DNA from: a virus
Length of the DNA stretch: 64,000 bases
Virus record (IMG/VR): IMGVR_UViG_3300033994_001756
Location: 1 to 64,000 of that record
Strand: one strand, 5' to 3'
This document shows, piece by piece, positions 9,097 through 17,857 of this stretch. The stretch's first letter is position 1. Each line of letters opens with the position of its first letter. Position numbers and translations under genes: made by a program. Under the pieces are notes generated by a model, which had not been told where the DNA came from, searched no databases, and saw only the letters and a program-made list of their open reading frames with translations.

Positions 9097-9120
9097 AGAG
9101 GGCTATATGCCCTCTTTTTT
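9097..9120 (+). terminator. rho-independent terminator
   Basis: AGAGGGC-tatat-GCCCTCT then T run. Confidence 0.8.
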
Positions 9121-9128
9121 GTGTCTGC

Positions 9129-9157
9129 TTGACATGGTTGTGGCTCCATGGTACGAT
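9129..9157 (+). promoter_or_regulatory. sigma70-type early promoter
   Basis: TTGACA-17bp-TACGAT upstream of helicase ATG 9179. Confidence 0.8.
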
Positions 9158-9178
9158 AGATCCATTCGTTCATCACCC

Positions 9179-10420
9179 ATGAAGCTCCGTCCCCACCAAG
9201 CCCGAAGCCTCACCAAGATGGAACTGGTTCGCCTTGGCCAAATTTATGTTCCGACTGGTGGTGGCAAAACTCTGATTATGATTCGTGATCTCATGCGTAG
9301 ATTAGAAGAATCAGACAAACCATTTACTGCACTGATTGTTGCTCCTCGCATCCTGCTTGCGAATCAATTGTGTGCAGAGTTTACACAAGAAATCAAGAAT
9401 GCTGTTGTCGCCCATGTTCACTCTGGCGAAACCAAACATTTCTCTACAACTAATCCTGATCATATTACCATGTTCCACAACATGGTTAAATCTAACAATG
9501 AACACCAATTACTTTTTACTACTTATCATTCTCTTCACCGTGTTATTGACAGTGGAATACACATTGATACAGTCTACTTCGATGAGGCTCACAATGCCTG
9601 TAAGCGAGACTTCTTTGTTTCTACTGCAATGATGTCTCAACATGCAGAGTCTGCATACTATTTTACTGCTACACCTAAACTGTCACAGAATCCAAAAGGT
9701 CGTGGCATGAATAACTCTATTGTGTTTGGTCAAATTATTGAGAATGTACCTGCACCTGAACTGATTGAGAACGGTAGCATCATTCCTCCCATGGTGCAAG
9801 TGTATGAGGTTGATGGTGAGCGTGATAAAGATAATGCAGCAAAACATGATGCTAAAACTCTATTAGCTATCCTTGATGGCCTAGATGCAAATAAAGCTCA
9901 AAAAGTGCTAGTTGCTGCACCTAGTACCAAGGTTTTATGTCAGATGCTGTTCCGAACTGATGTCATGAATCAATTCAAACAACGTGGCTATGAGATCCTA
10001 CATATTACATCTAAGGAAGGTGCATATGTCAATGACCAGAAGGTGAATCGTGAAGTATTCTTTGATACCATGACTAAATGGGGTCAAGACAAGCAAAAGA
10101 AGTTTGTATTGTTTCACTATTCGATTTTGAGTGAAGGGATCAACTGCCCAGGGCTTACGCACTCTGTGCTCTTGCGAAATCTCAACGTCATTGAAATGTG
10201 TCAAACTATTGGACGAGTTATTCGTGTTGATAGAGAAGATGCACAAGATATGGCTGATGGTGTGCTCACTCCTGGTGATTACATGTCTTATCGTAAATCT
10301 CATGGTTTTGTGACTGTACCAGTTCACAAGAACTATGGTAAGAATACTCAACAACGTCTGCAATCTGTTGTAGACTTTGTATTCAGGCAGGGAATCCCTC
10401 CAGAATACTATGTGGACTGA
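9179..10420 (+). CDS. SF2 (DExH, ResIII-like) helicase
   Basis: LRPHQ, PTGGGKT, DEAH, TAT, ILSEGIN, QTIGRVIR. Confidence 0.85.
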   Translation: MKLRPHQARSLTKMELVRLGQIYVPTGGGKTLIMIRDLMRRLEESDKPFTALIVAPRILLANQLCAEFTQEIKNAVVAHVHSGETKHFSTTNPDHITMFHNMVKSNNEHQLLFTTYHSLHRVIDSGIHIDTVYFDEAHNACKRDFFVSTAMMSQHAESAYYFTATPKLSQNPKGRGMNNSIVFGQIIENVPAPELIENGSIIPPMVQVYEVDGERDKDNAAKHDAKTLLAILDGLDANKAQKVLVAAPSTKVLCQMLFRTDVMNQFKQRGYEILHITSKEGAYVNDQKVNREVFFDTMTKWGQDKQKKFVLFHYSILSEGINCPGLTHSVLLRNLNVIEMCQTIGRVIRVDREDAQDMADGVLTPGDYMSYRKSHGFVTVPVHKNYGKNTQQRLQSVVDFVFRQGIPPEYYVD

Positions 10421-10476
10421 GCCAGTTCACGGGCTGTCACAGACCACTTGACAGCCCTGCCAATCTGCCCTATTGT
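10419..10476 (+). promoter_or_regulatory. Box A palindrome plus sigma70 promoter
   Basis: GAGCCAGT-N6-GCTGTCAC, then TTGACA(10448)-17-TATTGT. Confidence 0.75.
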
Positions 10477-10526
10477 GTCTTTGTTGACACGGAGGACTTC
10501 TGACCTACTCACCTCGACGCAAACGC

Positions 10527-10763
10527 ATGAACAACAAAGAATATACCTGGGCGGAAGCTCTAGGTGCTCTCACAGGACTTGCAATCATTGTAGTATTTGC
10601 ATTCATTCTGAGTGCTTTACTCATGATTCCTGTAGCATGGATTGTTCACTGGATTCTAGTGAATCTCTTTAGCTACACTGTTCTCACTTTTTGGCAAGTC
10701 TGGGGTATCATTCTTGGTATTCGACTTGTATTCTCTGGCCTCGTTACTGTAAACAAAAACTGA
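10527..10763 (+). CDS. small membrane protein
   Basis: Two to three hydrophobic helices. Confidence 0.7.
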   Translation: MNNKEYTWAEALGALTGLAIIVVFAFILSALLMIPVAWIVHWILVNLFSYTVLTFWQVWGIILGIRLVFSGLVTVNKN

Positions 10764-10769
10764 TTTATC

Positions 10770-11003
10770 ATGGAAACTGGTGACATCACGGTTACACTCA
10801 CTGAATCTCAGCATGAGATGATGATGGACATTATCTTGAATGCTCTCGATTCATTTCAGCTTGTAGCTCCCTATGATGATGGTATGCACGAGCTTCCGCT
10901 TGACAATGCCATCGTTCAACGGTATGATACGCTGGATACACTCCGACAGACATTCGCAAGTCTCTGGAGTGATCGCTTCAATCCTTATTCTGAGGAAAAC
11001 TGA
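10770..11003 (+). CDS. hypothetical protein
   Basis: ORF in operon. Confidence 0.65.
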   Translation: METGDITVTLTESQHEMMMDIILNALDSFQLVAPYDDGMHELPLDNAIVQRYDTLDTLRQTFASLWSDRFNPYSEEN

Positions 11004-11179
11004 TGCTTCCCTTTCTCTTGGCTACAATCGTTCAGTATGATTTCCTATCGACTCCTGTTCCTGAAAGTGTTGCAAGGCAATGTGCCTCTGATGTTGGCAT
11101 TCCTTATGCTAGCGACAATTTTAGTGATACTGAATGGCAAGAGTTCAAGCGTTGTATCATCTATCGCATGAGTCGCTGA
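11003..11179 (+). CDS. small hypothetical protein (58 aa)
   Basis: TGATG coupling; MLPFLLAT...IPYASDNFSD.EWQ.F. Confidence 0.6.
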   Translation: MLPFLLATIVQYDFLSTPVPESVARQCASDVGIPYASDNFSDTEWQEFKRCIIYRMSR

Positions 11180-11180
11180 C

Positions 11181-11510
11181 ATGACACAACGCTGGAGAGC
11201 AACAATCCGAACCCAATCCAATGTTCTACAGAATGTTGAGATTGAAACCCCTGGTATTGTACGACAAGATGCTATTGCACAAGTTAAATCAACCTATGGT
11301 GCAAAGGAGGTTATTACCTGCAATCCTATAAGTTCACCTTCTTCATCATCCAGTTCTGGATCCAGTTATTCTTCTGGCTCATCTGATGGTGGACTGTTCT
11401 GGATCTTGCTCTTCGGTGCAATGATGGCAGTTTATGTATTTCGATATGTAATTCTTGTTGCTGTCATTCTGTTTGCTATCTATTGTATCTACAAATGGCT
11501 TAAGAAATGA
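11181..11510 (+). CDS. membrane protein with Ser-rich linker
   Basis: Ser run followed by TM helices. Confidence 0.7.
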   Translation: MTQRWRATIRTQSNVLQNVEIETPGIVRQDAIAQVKSTYGAKEVITCNPISSPSSSSSSGSSYSSGSSDGGLFWILLFGAMMAVYVFRYVILVAVILFAIYCIYKWLKK

Positions 11511-12139
11511 AAACTATTCGCTTCATTGGTGATGTTCATGGTAAATGGAAACGATACAAGAAGATCATCAATGAATGCGATGTTTCTATTCAAGTTGGTG
11601 ATTTCGGTGTAGGCTTTATCAGTAAAATTACTGAGCAAGTACATTCCAATCCTCCATATGATTCCATGAAGAAAGGTGATCACCGATTCATTCGTGGCAA
11701 CCATGATAATCCAAATGTATGCAAAAAGCATCCATTCTGGATACCAGATGGCACACTGATTCATGATAAGATCTTTTGTGTTGGTGGTGCAAAGTCTATT
11801 GACCAAGCATACCGAACAGAAGGATACAACTGGTGGCCTGATGAAGAATTATCATATTCAAAATTATTAAATGTGTATGATGAGTATGAAAAGCTCAAGC
11901 CATCTGTCATTGTTGCACATGAAATGCCAGAAAGCCTAACATACATAGTCTGTGCGAAACATAATATGACAAAACTTAACGATGTATCAGTAACTCGTCA
12001 GTTTTTTGATAATATAATAGACATACACAAACCAGACTTGTTTATTCATGGCCATTGGCATGTCAACCATCATACTATACACAATGGTGTTGAATACATT
12101 GGTCTGGGTGAGTTAGACTACGTAGACCTGGAACTATGA
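11507..12139 (+). CDS. calcineurin-like metallophosphoesterase
   Basis: GDVHG, GDFG, GNHD, HGHWH. Confidence 0.85.
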   Translation: MKTIRFIGDVHGKWKRYKKIINECDVSIQVGDFGVGFISKITEQVHSNPPYDSMKKGDHRFIRGNHDNPNVCKKHPFWIPDGTLIHDKIFCVGGAKSIDQAYRTEGYNWWPDEELSYSKLLNVYDEYEKLKPSVIVAHEMPESLTYIVCAKHNMTKLNDVSVTRQFFDNIIDIHKPDLFIHGHWHVNHHTIHNGVEYIGLGELDYVDLEL

Positions 12140-12294
12140 ACGATGAAGACTGGACCAATCTCAGCAACATGCACAAGGAGTTGACAAAAAACCATCTAGC
12201 AGCCTATGATACAGCATATCTTGAAAAGTATGCTGAATTACTTGCCAAATCACTTGAAGGAAAAGGAGATCCATCACACAATGGACGAAGCTGA
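12136..12294 (+). CDS. small hypothetical protein (52 aa)
   Basis: ATGA coupling; manual translation. Confidence 0.5.
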   Translation: MNDEDWTNLSNMHKELTKNHLAAYDTAYLEKYAELLAKSLEGKGDPSHNGRS

Positions 12295-12502
12295 TTATTC
12301 AATCTATCTCTCACATACTAATGCTATGGAGAGAATGGAGAAGTTCAACAATCGTGCAGTAAATGCTAAAACCTACAAAACAATGCACAAGAACTTCCGA
12401 ATTGCTGATGCTCTCTATGCAGAGTATCGTGAACTGATCGAAGAAGATCAAAACTATGTTACACTCTGTCTCGACCACCTTGAAGGTATTCTCAATGATT
12501 GA
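12281..12502 (+). CDS. hypothetical protein
   Basis: ATG 12281 in ORF 12206..12502. Confidence 0.6.
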   Translation: MDEADYSIYLSHTNAMERMEKFNNRAVNAKTYKTMHKNFRIADALYAEYRELIEEDQNYVTLCLDHLEGILND

Positions 12503-12680
12503 AACCACTACTTTCCCAACTGAAGTTAATGCTATCGCTGCAGTTGCAGGATTAGCTGGAGCACTTGTTGTGATTCTTTACGCATTCACACGGAACCATC
12601 AGTATGAAATGCGGAAACGTTCCGCACGCATCAGCAAAGCTAATCAATCAGAGGTTGACATGCCTCCACAGATCGGTTAA
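12495..12680 (+). CDS. small membrane protein
   Basis: One TM helix. Confidence 0.55.
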   Translation: MIETTTFPTEVNAIAAVAGLAGALVVILYAFTRNHQYEMRKRSARISKANQSEVDMPPQIG

Positions 12681-12683
12681 TCT
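12629..12683 (+). promoter_or_regulatory. degenerate Box B plus sigma70 promoter
   Basis: CATCAG-N5-CTAATC, then TTGACA(12655)-17-TAATCT. Confidence 0.65.
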
Positions 12684-12706
12684 GTAAAGGTAGTCAAGGG
12701 ACTTCA

Positions 12707-12883
12707 ATGAAACCCTATCCACTCGGCATCGACAATCCTTACAAGATTATGCAAGAGATTGGTTCTACCAAATGGTCTATTTACAGAATGGAACCATTCC
12801 AAAAGGTAGCAACATTCAGATCACAGTTTGATGCCTATGATGCTCGCCGTATCCTACTCCAAGTAGAAGGCTACAACGCATGA
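12707..12883 (+). CDS. small hypothetical protein (58 aa)
   Basis: MKPYPLGIDNPY...; follows promoter. Confidence 0.6.
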   Translation: MKPYPLGIDNPYKIMQEIGSTKWSIYRMEPFQKVATFRSQFDAYDARRILLQVEGYNA

Positions 12884-13038
12884 GATATGTACCAGCAATC
12901 ATCTGTGGTTTTAGTATTATCATTGGTTGGAATGTTCTCATGGCCCTCCGTGATAATGGTAAACTCATTGATGTAGAATACCGAGCAGTACATCAAATGT
13001 ATTGCATCAAATACCCCAATCATCATCACTGCAAATGA
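12880..13038 (+). CDS. small membrane protein (52 aa)
   Basis: ATGA coupling on both sides. Confidence 0.55.
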   Translation: MRYVPAIICGFSIIIGWNVLMALRDNGKLIDVEYRAVHQMYCIKYPNHHHCK

Positions 13039-13301
13039 ACTTCACTGAACTGAACTTTGAGCAACACAAGATTCAAGATGGCATTCAAGCCAAACATTTC
13101 TTCCCTAATGGTTATGGTGTATCTGTAGTTCGCTTTCCTGGTAGTTATGGTTTTGAAGATGATTTGTATGAAGTAGCTATTCTCAAAGGCACCCAAGATA
13201 ATTGGGAAATCACCTATGATACACCAATCACTGATGATGTATTAGGTCATCGTGATGAACAAGACATTAACAACATTCTAGAAGAGGTACAAGCACTATG
13301 A
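13035..13301 (+). CDS. hypothetical phage protein
   Basis: FPNGYGVSVV...SYG...LYEVAIL...YDTPITDDV.G. Confidence 0.75.
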   Translation: MNFTELNFEQHKIQDGIQAKHFFPNGYGVSVVRFPGSYGFEDDLYEVAILKGTQDNWEITYDTPITDDVLGHRDEQDINNILEEVQAL

Positions 13302-13372
13302 GCAAGAAACCCTACAACAAACAACCCAAGCCTAAGACTGTAAAGATCTTTGGCACCTATCATACCTATACC

Positions 13373-13432
13373 AAGCCAGTTCAATAACTGTCACACTCAT
13401 GCCCCACTCCTGGGGCATTTTCGGTCTATACT
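13373..13432 (+). promoter_or_regulatory. Box A, hairpin and -10
   Basis: AAGCCAGT-N6-ACTGTCAC; ATGCCCCA-ctcc-TGGGGCAT; TATACT 13427. Confidence 0.65.
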
Positions 13433-13457
13433 GATTCCAGTTCAACCACACCACACC

Positions 13458-13739
13458 ATGGTCACCGAACAGTTCTCCGCAGTCTTCCCTACCTGCTTCC
13501 GCATTCAGAATGATGATGAGTTGTTCTGGGTATATCCTGACCGCCTCATGGCCAACCTCCCACTGCCAGAAACTGAAGAAGATGCCATCCTAGATGGTTT
13601 CCCCACCATCACGTCATACGGTGCCCTCACTCCTACCTATTATCTGCAAGTAGAAAACCAAGAGTATATCAGCACATCACTTCAAGAACTGGAGCAAATC
13701 CTGTATACCTGGACATCTGAAGAAGGCTATGTGTGGTAG
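13458..13739 (+). CDS. hypothetical protein
   Basis: ATG 13458 after C/A-rich leader. Confidence 0.65.
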   Translation: MVTEQFSAVFPTCFRIQNDDELFWVYPDRLMANLPLPETEEDAILDGFPTITSYGALTPTYYLQVENQEYISTSLQELEQILYTWTSEEGYVW

Positions 13740-13843
13740 TATTCACGTCAGAAAAACACCACATATTCACCCTAAAACACACCACGCCACCCAACTCAAC
13801 CTTCAACTCAAAATAAATAGAATTAACCATGTTTAGATCAATC

Positions 13844-14191
13844 ATGATTACTTTCAAACAGTTCCTAGAAGAAGCAAAGAAGAAGGATAAGAAACCAAAG
13901 CCACTGTACTCTGAAAAGCATATCAAGGATCTTATAAAGAAACAAGGAGGGCATGGTCGTGAAGCAATCGAAAGGTATAATAGAGAGAATCCAAACCAAG
14001 GCCCAAGAGAATATAAACTAGGTGAAGATATACAACAAAAACAACAACAATTAAATCAAACACAAAGAGAAAGACTACAAGCAGAAAGAGATAGAGTAGA
14101 GAATTATAAAAAGAAAAGAAGAGAAGATGCAGATAGAGAGGATGAACAAGCAGAAATCATCCGAAGAATCGAAAAGATGAACAAAAACTGA
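13844..14191 (+). CDS. putative capsid internal protein (CTS-like N-terminus)
   Basis: MITFKQFLEEA; late promoter AATAAATA 13812-13819; start could be 13829. Confidence 0.55.
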   Translation: MITFKQFLEEAKKKDKKPKPLYSEKHIKDLIKKQGGHGREAIERYNRENPNQGPREYKLGEDIQQKQQQLNQTQRERLQAERDRVENYKKKRREDADREDEQAEIIRRIEKMNKN

Positions 14192-14200
14192 TTGATTATT

Positions 14201-14815
14201 ATGACTAAACTAGTTTATGGTGTAGGAATTAATGATGCAGGTTACATCGTTATTCCTAAAGTTAATGGAAAGAACAAACACTGTAAAGTGTATGCTAATT
14301 GGAATGGAATGCTTAGACGTTGTTATTGTGAAAAATATCACTTAAGGTATCCCACATATAAAGGTTGTACTGTAGCACCAGTATGGCATAGATTCTCTAA
14401 CTTCAAAGCCTGGCATGATCAACAAGCATACACTCAAGGAATGCACTTAGATAAAGACATTATCTATCCAGGTAATAAAGTCTATGGACCAGAAACATGT
14501 GTGTATGTAAGTTCTAACTTGAATAAACTCTTGAATAAGGGAAGTGCTAGAAGAGGGAAGTATCCTATTGGAGTAGTTAAACAAGCTGATATAAGTGATA
14601 AAGGTAGACCTTTCATATCACGTATCAAAATCAATAGTAAATACATTCTTGTAGGTTGTTATCATACACAAGAAGAAGCACATGAAGCATATGTACAAGC
14701 AAAGATAAAATATATTCAAGATTATTATCTAATAAAAGAAGAAGATCAAAGGATTATAGATGGATTGAATAGGTGGATTGATGTGTTGCGGAATGGTATG
14801 TATGATTTAGTGTAA
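14201..14815 (+). CDS. HNH-family homing endonuclease with AP2-like C-terminus
   Basis: VYGVGIND, W..ML.RCY, Y.GCTV...W..FSNF, LDKDI...GNKVYGPETC. Confidence 0.75.
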   Translation: MTKLVYGVGINDAGYIVIPKVNGKNKHCKVYANWNGMLRRCYCEKYHLRYPTYKGCTVAPVWHRFSNFKAWHDQQAYTQGMHLDKDIIYPGNKVYGPETCVYVSSNLNKLLNKGSARRGKYPIGVVKQADISDKGRPFISRIKINSKYILVGCYHTQEEAHEAYVQAKIKYIQDYYLIKEEDQRIIDGLNRWIDVLRNGMYDLV

Positions 14816-14871
14816 ATTATTAAGGTTATATTAAATGTAATAAAAAACATATATGAGTGATGTGTGTAGAG

Positions 14872-14930
14872 AGAATTATTAACCATATACTGTATACCTC
14901 TAGAATTATTAACCATATACTGTATACCTC
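14872..14930. repeat. tandem 29-bp direct repeat x2
   Basis: AGAATTATTAACCATATACTGTATACCTC at 14872 and 14902. Confidence 0.95.
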
Positions 14931-14984
14931 CGAGTGTGTTTGTTTGTCTCAGAAACCTTCGGAGGTTCAGCAGTCTTGGCCCGC

Positions 14985-15013
14985 AGTATATCACAACTCG
15001 CCGAATTTGTCAA
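14985..15013 (-). promoter_or_regulatory. near-consensus sigma70 promoter, antisense
   Basis: Minus strand TTGACA-17-TATACT with TG extension. Confidence 0.8.
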
Positions 15014-15110
15014 GCCCCCAGCCCCAAAAAACTCATAGGAATTCCAAATCATTCCGAGGCCACCGATAAGTATTACTAATATAAGCATTCCGAATCACTC
15101 CGAGCCCATC

Positions 15111-15165
15111 CATTAGTATTACTAATCACCTACCACTTGACAGGCCACCCAGGATGGTGTATATT
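15111..15165 (+). promoter_or_regulatory. Box B palindrome plus promoter
   Basis: ATTAGTATTACTAAT; TTGACA(15137)-17-TATATT. Confidence 0.8.
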
Positions 15166-15191
15166 ACATATGTCACTGAGACACCCCACCC

Positions 15192-15389
15192 ATGAACTAC
15201 ACAGACGTGGTACAGTTCTTCCAGACTAAATCCATGAAACAGGACGAGATGATTGAAGCTCTCAAAGAACAGCTGTATAGCAACGAATATGTATTCATGG
15301 AACAAATCATTGAGGAATATGTGCTAGGCTTGAATGAAACTGAATTAGAGACATTAGAACATTCTATCAATGCTAATCTTATTGATTAG
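15192..15389 (+). CDS. small acidic early protein
   Basis: Cassette gene between promoter modules. Confidence 0.7.
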   Translation: MNYTDVVQFFQTKSMKQDEMIEALKEQLYSNEYVFMEQIIEEYVLGLNETELETLEHSINANLID

Positions 15390-15439
15390 TAATACTAATC
15401 ACCCAGGGGGTTGACTTCCCACCACATCTCTGTCATACT
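15384..15439 (+). promoter_or_regulatory. Box B plus promoter
   Basis: GATTAGTAATACTAATC; TTGACT(15411)-17-CATACT. Confidence 0.8.
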
Positions 15440-15461
15440 GAACTCGTTCACTACTGAACCC

Positions 15462-15638
15462 ATGAAGTTCTCACTTGATTCCAAACTCTTCTATATTGGT
15501 GCTAACACCAAGGCTAAGCAAGGTGACGAACAGTTTGGTATTAGTATTGGCAAGTATTATTTTGGATTTTATGACAACAAGCCTTGTGCAGGCAAACTCA
15601 ACAAGTATGGTGCCCTGATCACCGATAAGAAACTCTAA
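15462..15638 (+). CDS. small early protein
   Basis: ATG 15462 downstream of promoter. Confidence 0.65.
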   Translation: MKFSLDSKLFYIGANTKAKQGDEQFGISIGKYYFGFYDNKPCAGKLNKYGALITDKKL

Positions 15639-15680
15639 TCAGTCAGGGGGTTGACACCAGCCCCCAACCCATGCCATACT
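15624..15680 (+). promoter_or_regulatory. degenerate Box B plus promoter
   Basis: GATAAG-N5-CTAATC; TTGACA(15651)-18-CATACT. Confidence 0.75.
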
Positions 15681-15702
15681 GAACTCGTTCACTACTAAAC
15701 CA

Positions 15703-15981
15703 ATGGACATCACCACTCAACAAGTTTCTGAACTCCTGCAGGCTCACTGCTATCGAGTTATTGATAACATGAGTTCAGATGATTTGTTTAGCTATGCTAT
15801 GCAAATGATGATTCAATCCTTTGATCAGAATCCTGGCCAAGGTGACACAGATGTTGACATGTTAATTGAAGACATCTGGGTTGCAGAAGGTGAAGACGAA
15901 GACTCTGTGCAAGAGTTCATTGCTGGTGTTTTTGGTGATGCACTGCTCGCAGAAGAGATTGTAAAGTCTACCCAATTCTGA
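15703..15981 (+). CDS. acidic early protein
   Basis: Cassette gene. Confidence 0.7.
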   Translation: MDITTQQVSELLQAHCYRVIDNMSSDDLFSYAMQMMIQSFDQNPGQGDTDVDMLIEDIWVAEGEDEDSVQEFIAGVFGDALLAEEIVKSTQF

Positions 15982-15990
15982 TTATTAACA

Positions 15991-16119
15991 ATGGAAACCA
16001 CCTACGACTTTGTTGATCTTGAAACTGAGTGGCAGGATGATTTACTAATCCCTGCAGCTGATGATGATGAAAGTGAAACAAACTTTCGTCATTTTATTAA
16101 CTCTAACATTGATTACTGA
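15991..16119 (+). CDS. small acidic protein (42 aa)
   Basis: Manual translation METTYDFVDLE... Confidence 0.5.
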   Translation: METTYDFVDLETEWQDDLLIPAADDDESETNFRHFINSNIDY

Positions 16120-16127
16120 GAATTATT

Positions 16128-16262
16128 ATGTCTAAAGAACTGCTAATTTCAATGCTTCGCAAGGGTCAAACGGGCAATGAGATTCTTAGTATTCTCAACA
16201 TGCTCACAGATGAGTCTGATGATACTATGTCAGAACCCACACCAGACGAGATTAAGTTCTGA
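16128..16262 (+). CDS. small protein (44 aa)
   Basis: MSKELLISMLRKGQTGNEILSIL...; stop overlaps Box B. Confidence 0.6.
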   Translation: MSKELLISMLRKGQTGNEILSILNMLTDESDDTMSEPTPDEIKF

Positions 16263-16316
16263 TTAGTATTACTAATCAATCAGGGGGTTGACATCCCAGC
16301 CCCCACCTGTTAAATT
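16261..16316 (+). promoter_or_regulatory. Box B plus promoter
   Basis: GATTAGTATTACTAATC; TTGACA(16288)-17-TAAATT. Confidence 0.8.
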
Positions 16317-16345
16317 ATTAACTGTACACCCACCACACAAACATC

Positions 16346-16603
16346 ATGGCAACTGTAATCGCTCCTGTGCATCGTTCATTTACCAAAGAACAGTCCAGTG
16401 CTATTAACTCTATCACTGTAGACAACACTGATGTTATTATTACATATCACAGCAATGTAGACAAAGCATATACCTTTACTGCAAGTGAGTCTTATGCTCA
16501 GTTCCTGAGTGATCTTATGACTAATGATGAGATCCTGAAGAATGTAAGCATTGGTTCTACTATTGCTGATGCACGTAAGACTGAAGAACTGAAGGCGGTG
16601 TGA
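16346..16603 (+). CDS. small early protein (possibly KTSC-like)
   Basis: SSAINSI...ITY.S...Y.F...SIG pattern. Confidence 0.6.
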   Translation: MATVIAPVHRSFTKEQSSAINSITVDNTDVIITYHSNVDKAYTFTASESYAQFLSDLMTNDEILKNVSIGSTIADARKTEELKAV

Positions 16604-16724
16604 TAGGATTCTGGGGGGTGCGATTCCCCCCTCCCACTACATTATTACACATTGTGACAGCTGAACTCCTTGCACTGCTGGTTATTGTTAAACTGTTGAA
16701 CGTAGCCAATCGCAAACTAACGTC

Positions 16725-16916
16725 ATGGCTCCGATGATCACTGTCAAACCTATCTCAAAGAAGGCAAAGAACAGGTTCGCTAATCTAATGGATTCTTGCG
16801 AGCATTGTGTTGTTGAACAACACAAAGGTGATAAAGTATTCTTGCGTTCACTAAATTGCAAGAACTTCTTCTGGGTTAATGTACACCACGATCAGGATTG
16901 GGAGCTGGAAATGTAA
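16725..16916 (+). CDS. hypothetical cyanophage protein
   Basis: VKPISKKAKNRFANLM...FFWV...D.DW. Confidence 0.7.
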   Translation: MAPMITVKPISKKAKNRFANLMDSCEHCVVEQHKGDKVFLRSLNCKNFFWVNVHHDQDWELEM

Positions 16917-16993
16917 TTATTTCGATTTGTAACGCCAGCCCACACCAAGGCTCGGCTGGCGTGCTACTATTACTTCAGTCGCAACCCAATCCA

Positions 16994-17752
16994 GTGACCG
17001 ACCTTCTGACCTTCTCTCACGGTAACGCCAAGCTTGGCAAGGGCACGCTGATTTTCTCTTTACCAGCTGGCAAGACTTGTCCCGGTGCTCTATTCTGTCT
17101 CTCGTTTGCTGTTGTTAATGAAGACGGCAAGCGTAAGGTTCAGGATGGCCCACATACTGAGTTTCGTTGCTTTGCTGCAACTAGCGAGGCACAATACGAT
17201 GGCCCATTCTTTGCTCGTGCTCGCAATCTCCAGCTGATTGCTGATGCTATTAAAGAGAGCACTGCAGTGGAATTGTTGAACACTAGCCTGCAGAATGCTC
17301 GCAAGAAGAATAGCAAGCTGGTGAGAATTCACGAGTCTGGAGACTTCTTCAGTGGAGCATATTTGGATGCTTGGATTGAAGTAGCCAAGCTGAACCCTGA
17401 TCTTAAGTTCTACTGCTACAGCAAAAACCTGCCACTGTTTGTAGGTTTGGAACTACCTGCTAATTTCTACATGACGGCAAGCTATGGTGGCAAATTCGAT
17501 CACTACATCGACGCAGGTGTGTTCCCTCGCTATAGTAAAGTCGTCCACAATGACGAGGAAGCTGAGGCTATGGGTCTGGAAGTAGATCACGATGATAGCC
17601 ACTGTTTTGGTGACAAGCCTTTCGCTTTGCTGGTGCATTCAACCCAGCCTAAAGGTTCAACCTACGGCAAAGCTGTTCATGCTCGCCGTCGTGCTGGTAA
17701 GTTTAGCGGTTACAAAAAGGAACGGCAAGCTATTCTGGCCAGCAAAGTGTAA
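16994..17752 (+). CDS. Gp88-like (Fe-S/radical-SAM-like) protein
   Basis: GNAKL, FSLPAG.TCPGA..C, CFAA, RIHESGDF, FYCYSK; GTG start after promoter. Confidence 0.7.
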   Translation: MTDLLTFSHGNAKLGKGTLIFSLPAGKTCPGALFCLSFAVVNEDGKRKVQDGPHTEFRCFAATSEAQYDGPFFARARNLQLIADAIKESTAVELLNTSLQNARKKNSKLVRIHESGDFFSGAYLDAWIEVAKLNPDLKFYCYSKNLPLFVGLELPANFYMTASYGGKFDHYIDAGVFPRYSKVVHNDEEAEAMGLEVDHDDSHCFGDKPFALLVHSTQPKGSTYGKAVHARRRAGKFSGYKKERQAILASKV

Positions 17753-17857
17753 TTATTTCACTTTGTAACAATCAGGGTCTGACCCATAGCCAGGGTCCCC
17801 CTGATACCCTATACTTAGATCACGGGGACAGAGATCCCCCACACACCCCACAAGACA

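Noticed and set aside
7526-10420. Helicase as part of a type I/III R-M or DISARM-like system
   Set aside because: A terminator and separate promoter divide it from the R-M pair; no other components present.
10419-10440. Box A as a CRP site
   Set aside because: CRP is TGTGA-N6-TCACA; arm sequence and overall length differ.
14746-15069. ORFs 14746..14994 (-) and 14857..15069 (+)
   Set aside because: They translate the tandem repeat and promoter; no RBS or protein-like features.
16912-16933. RpaB HLR1 or NtcA site
   Set aside because: Only one good GTTACAAA half-site; spacing fits neither motif.
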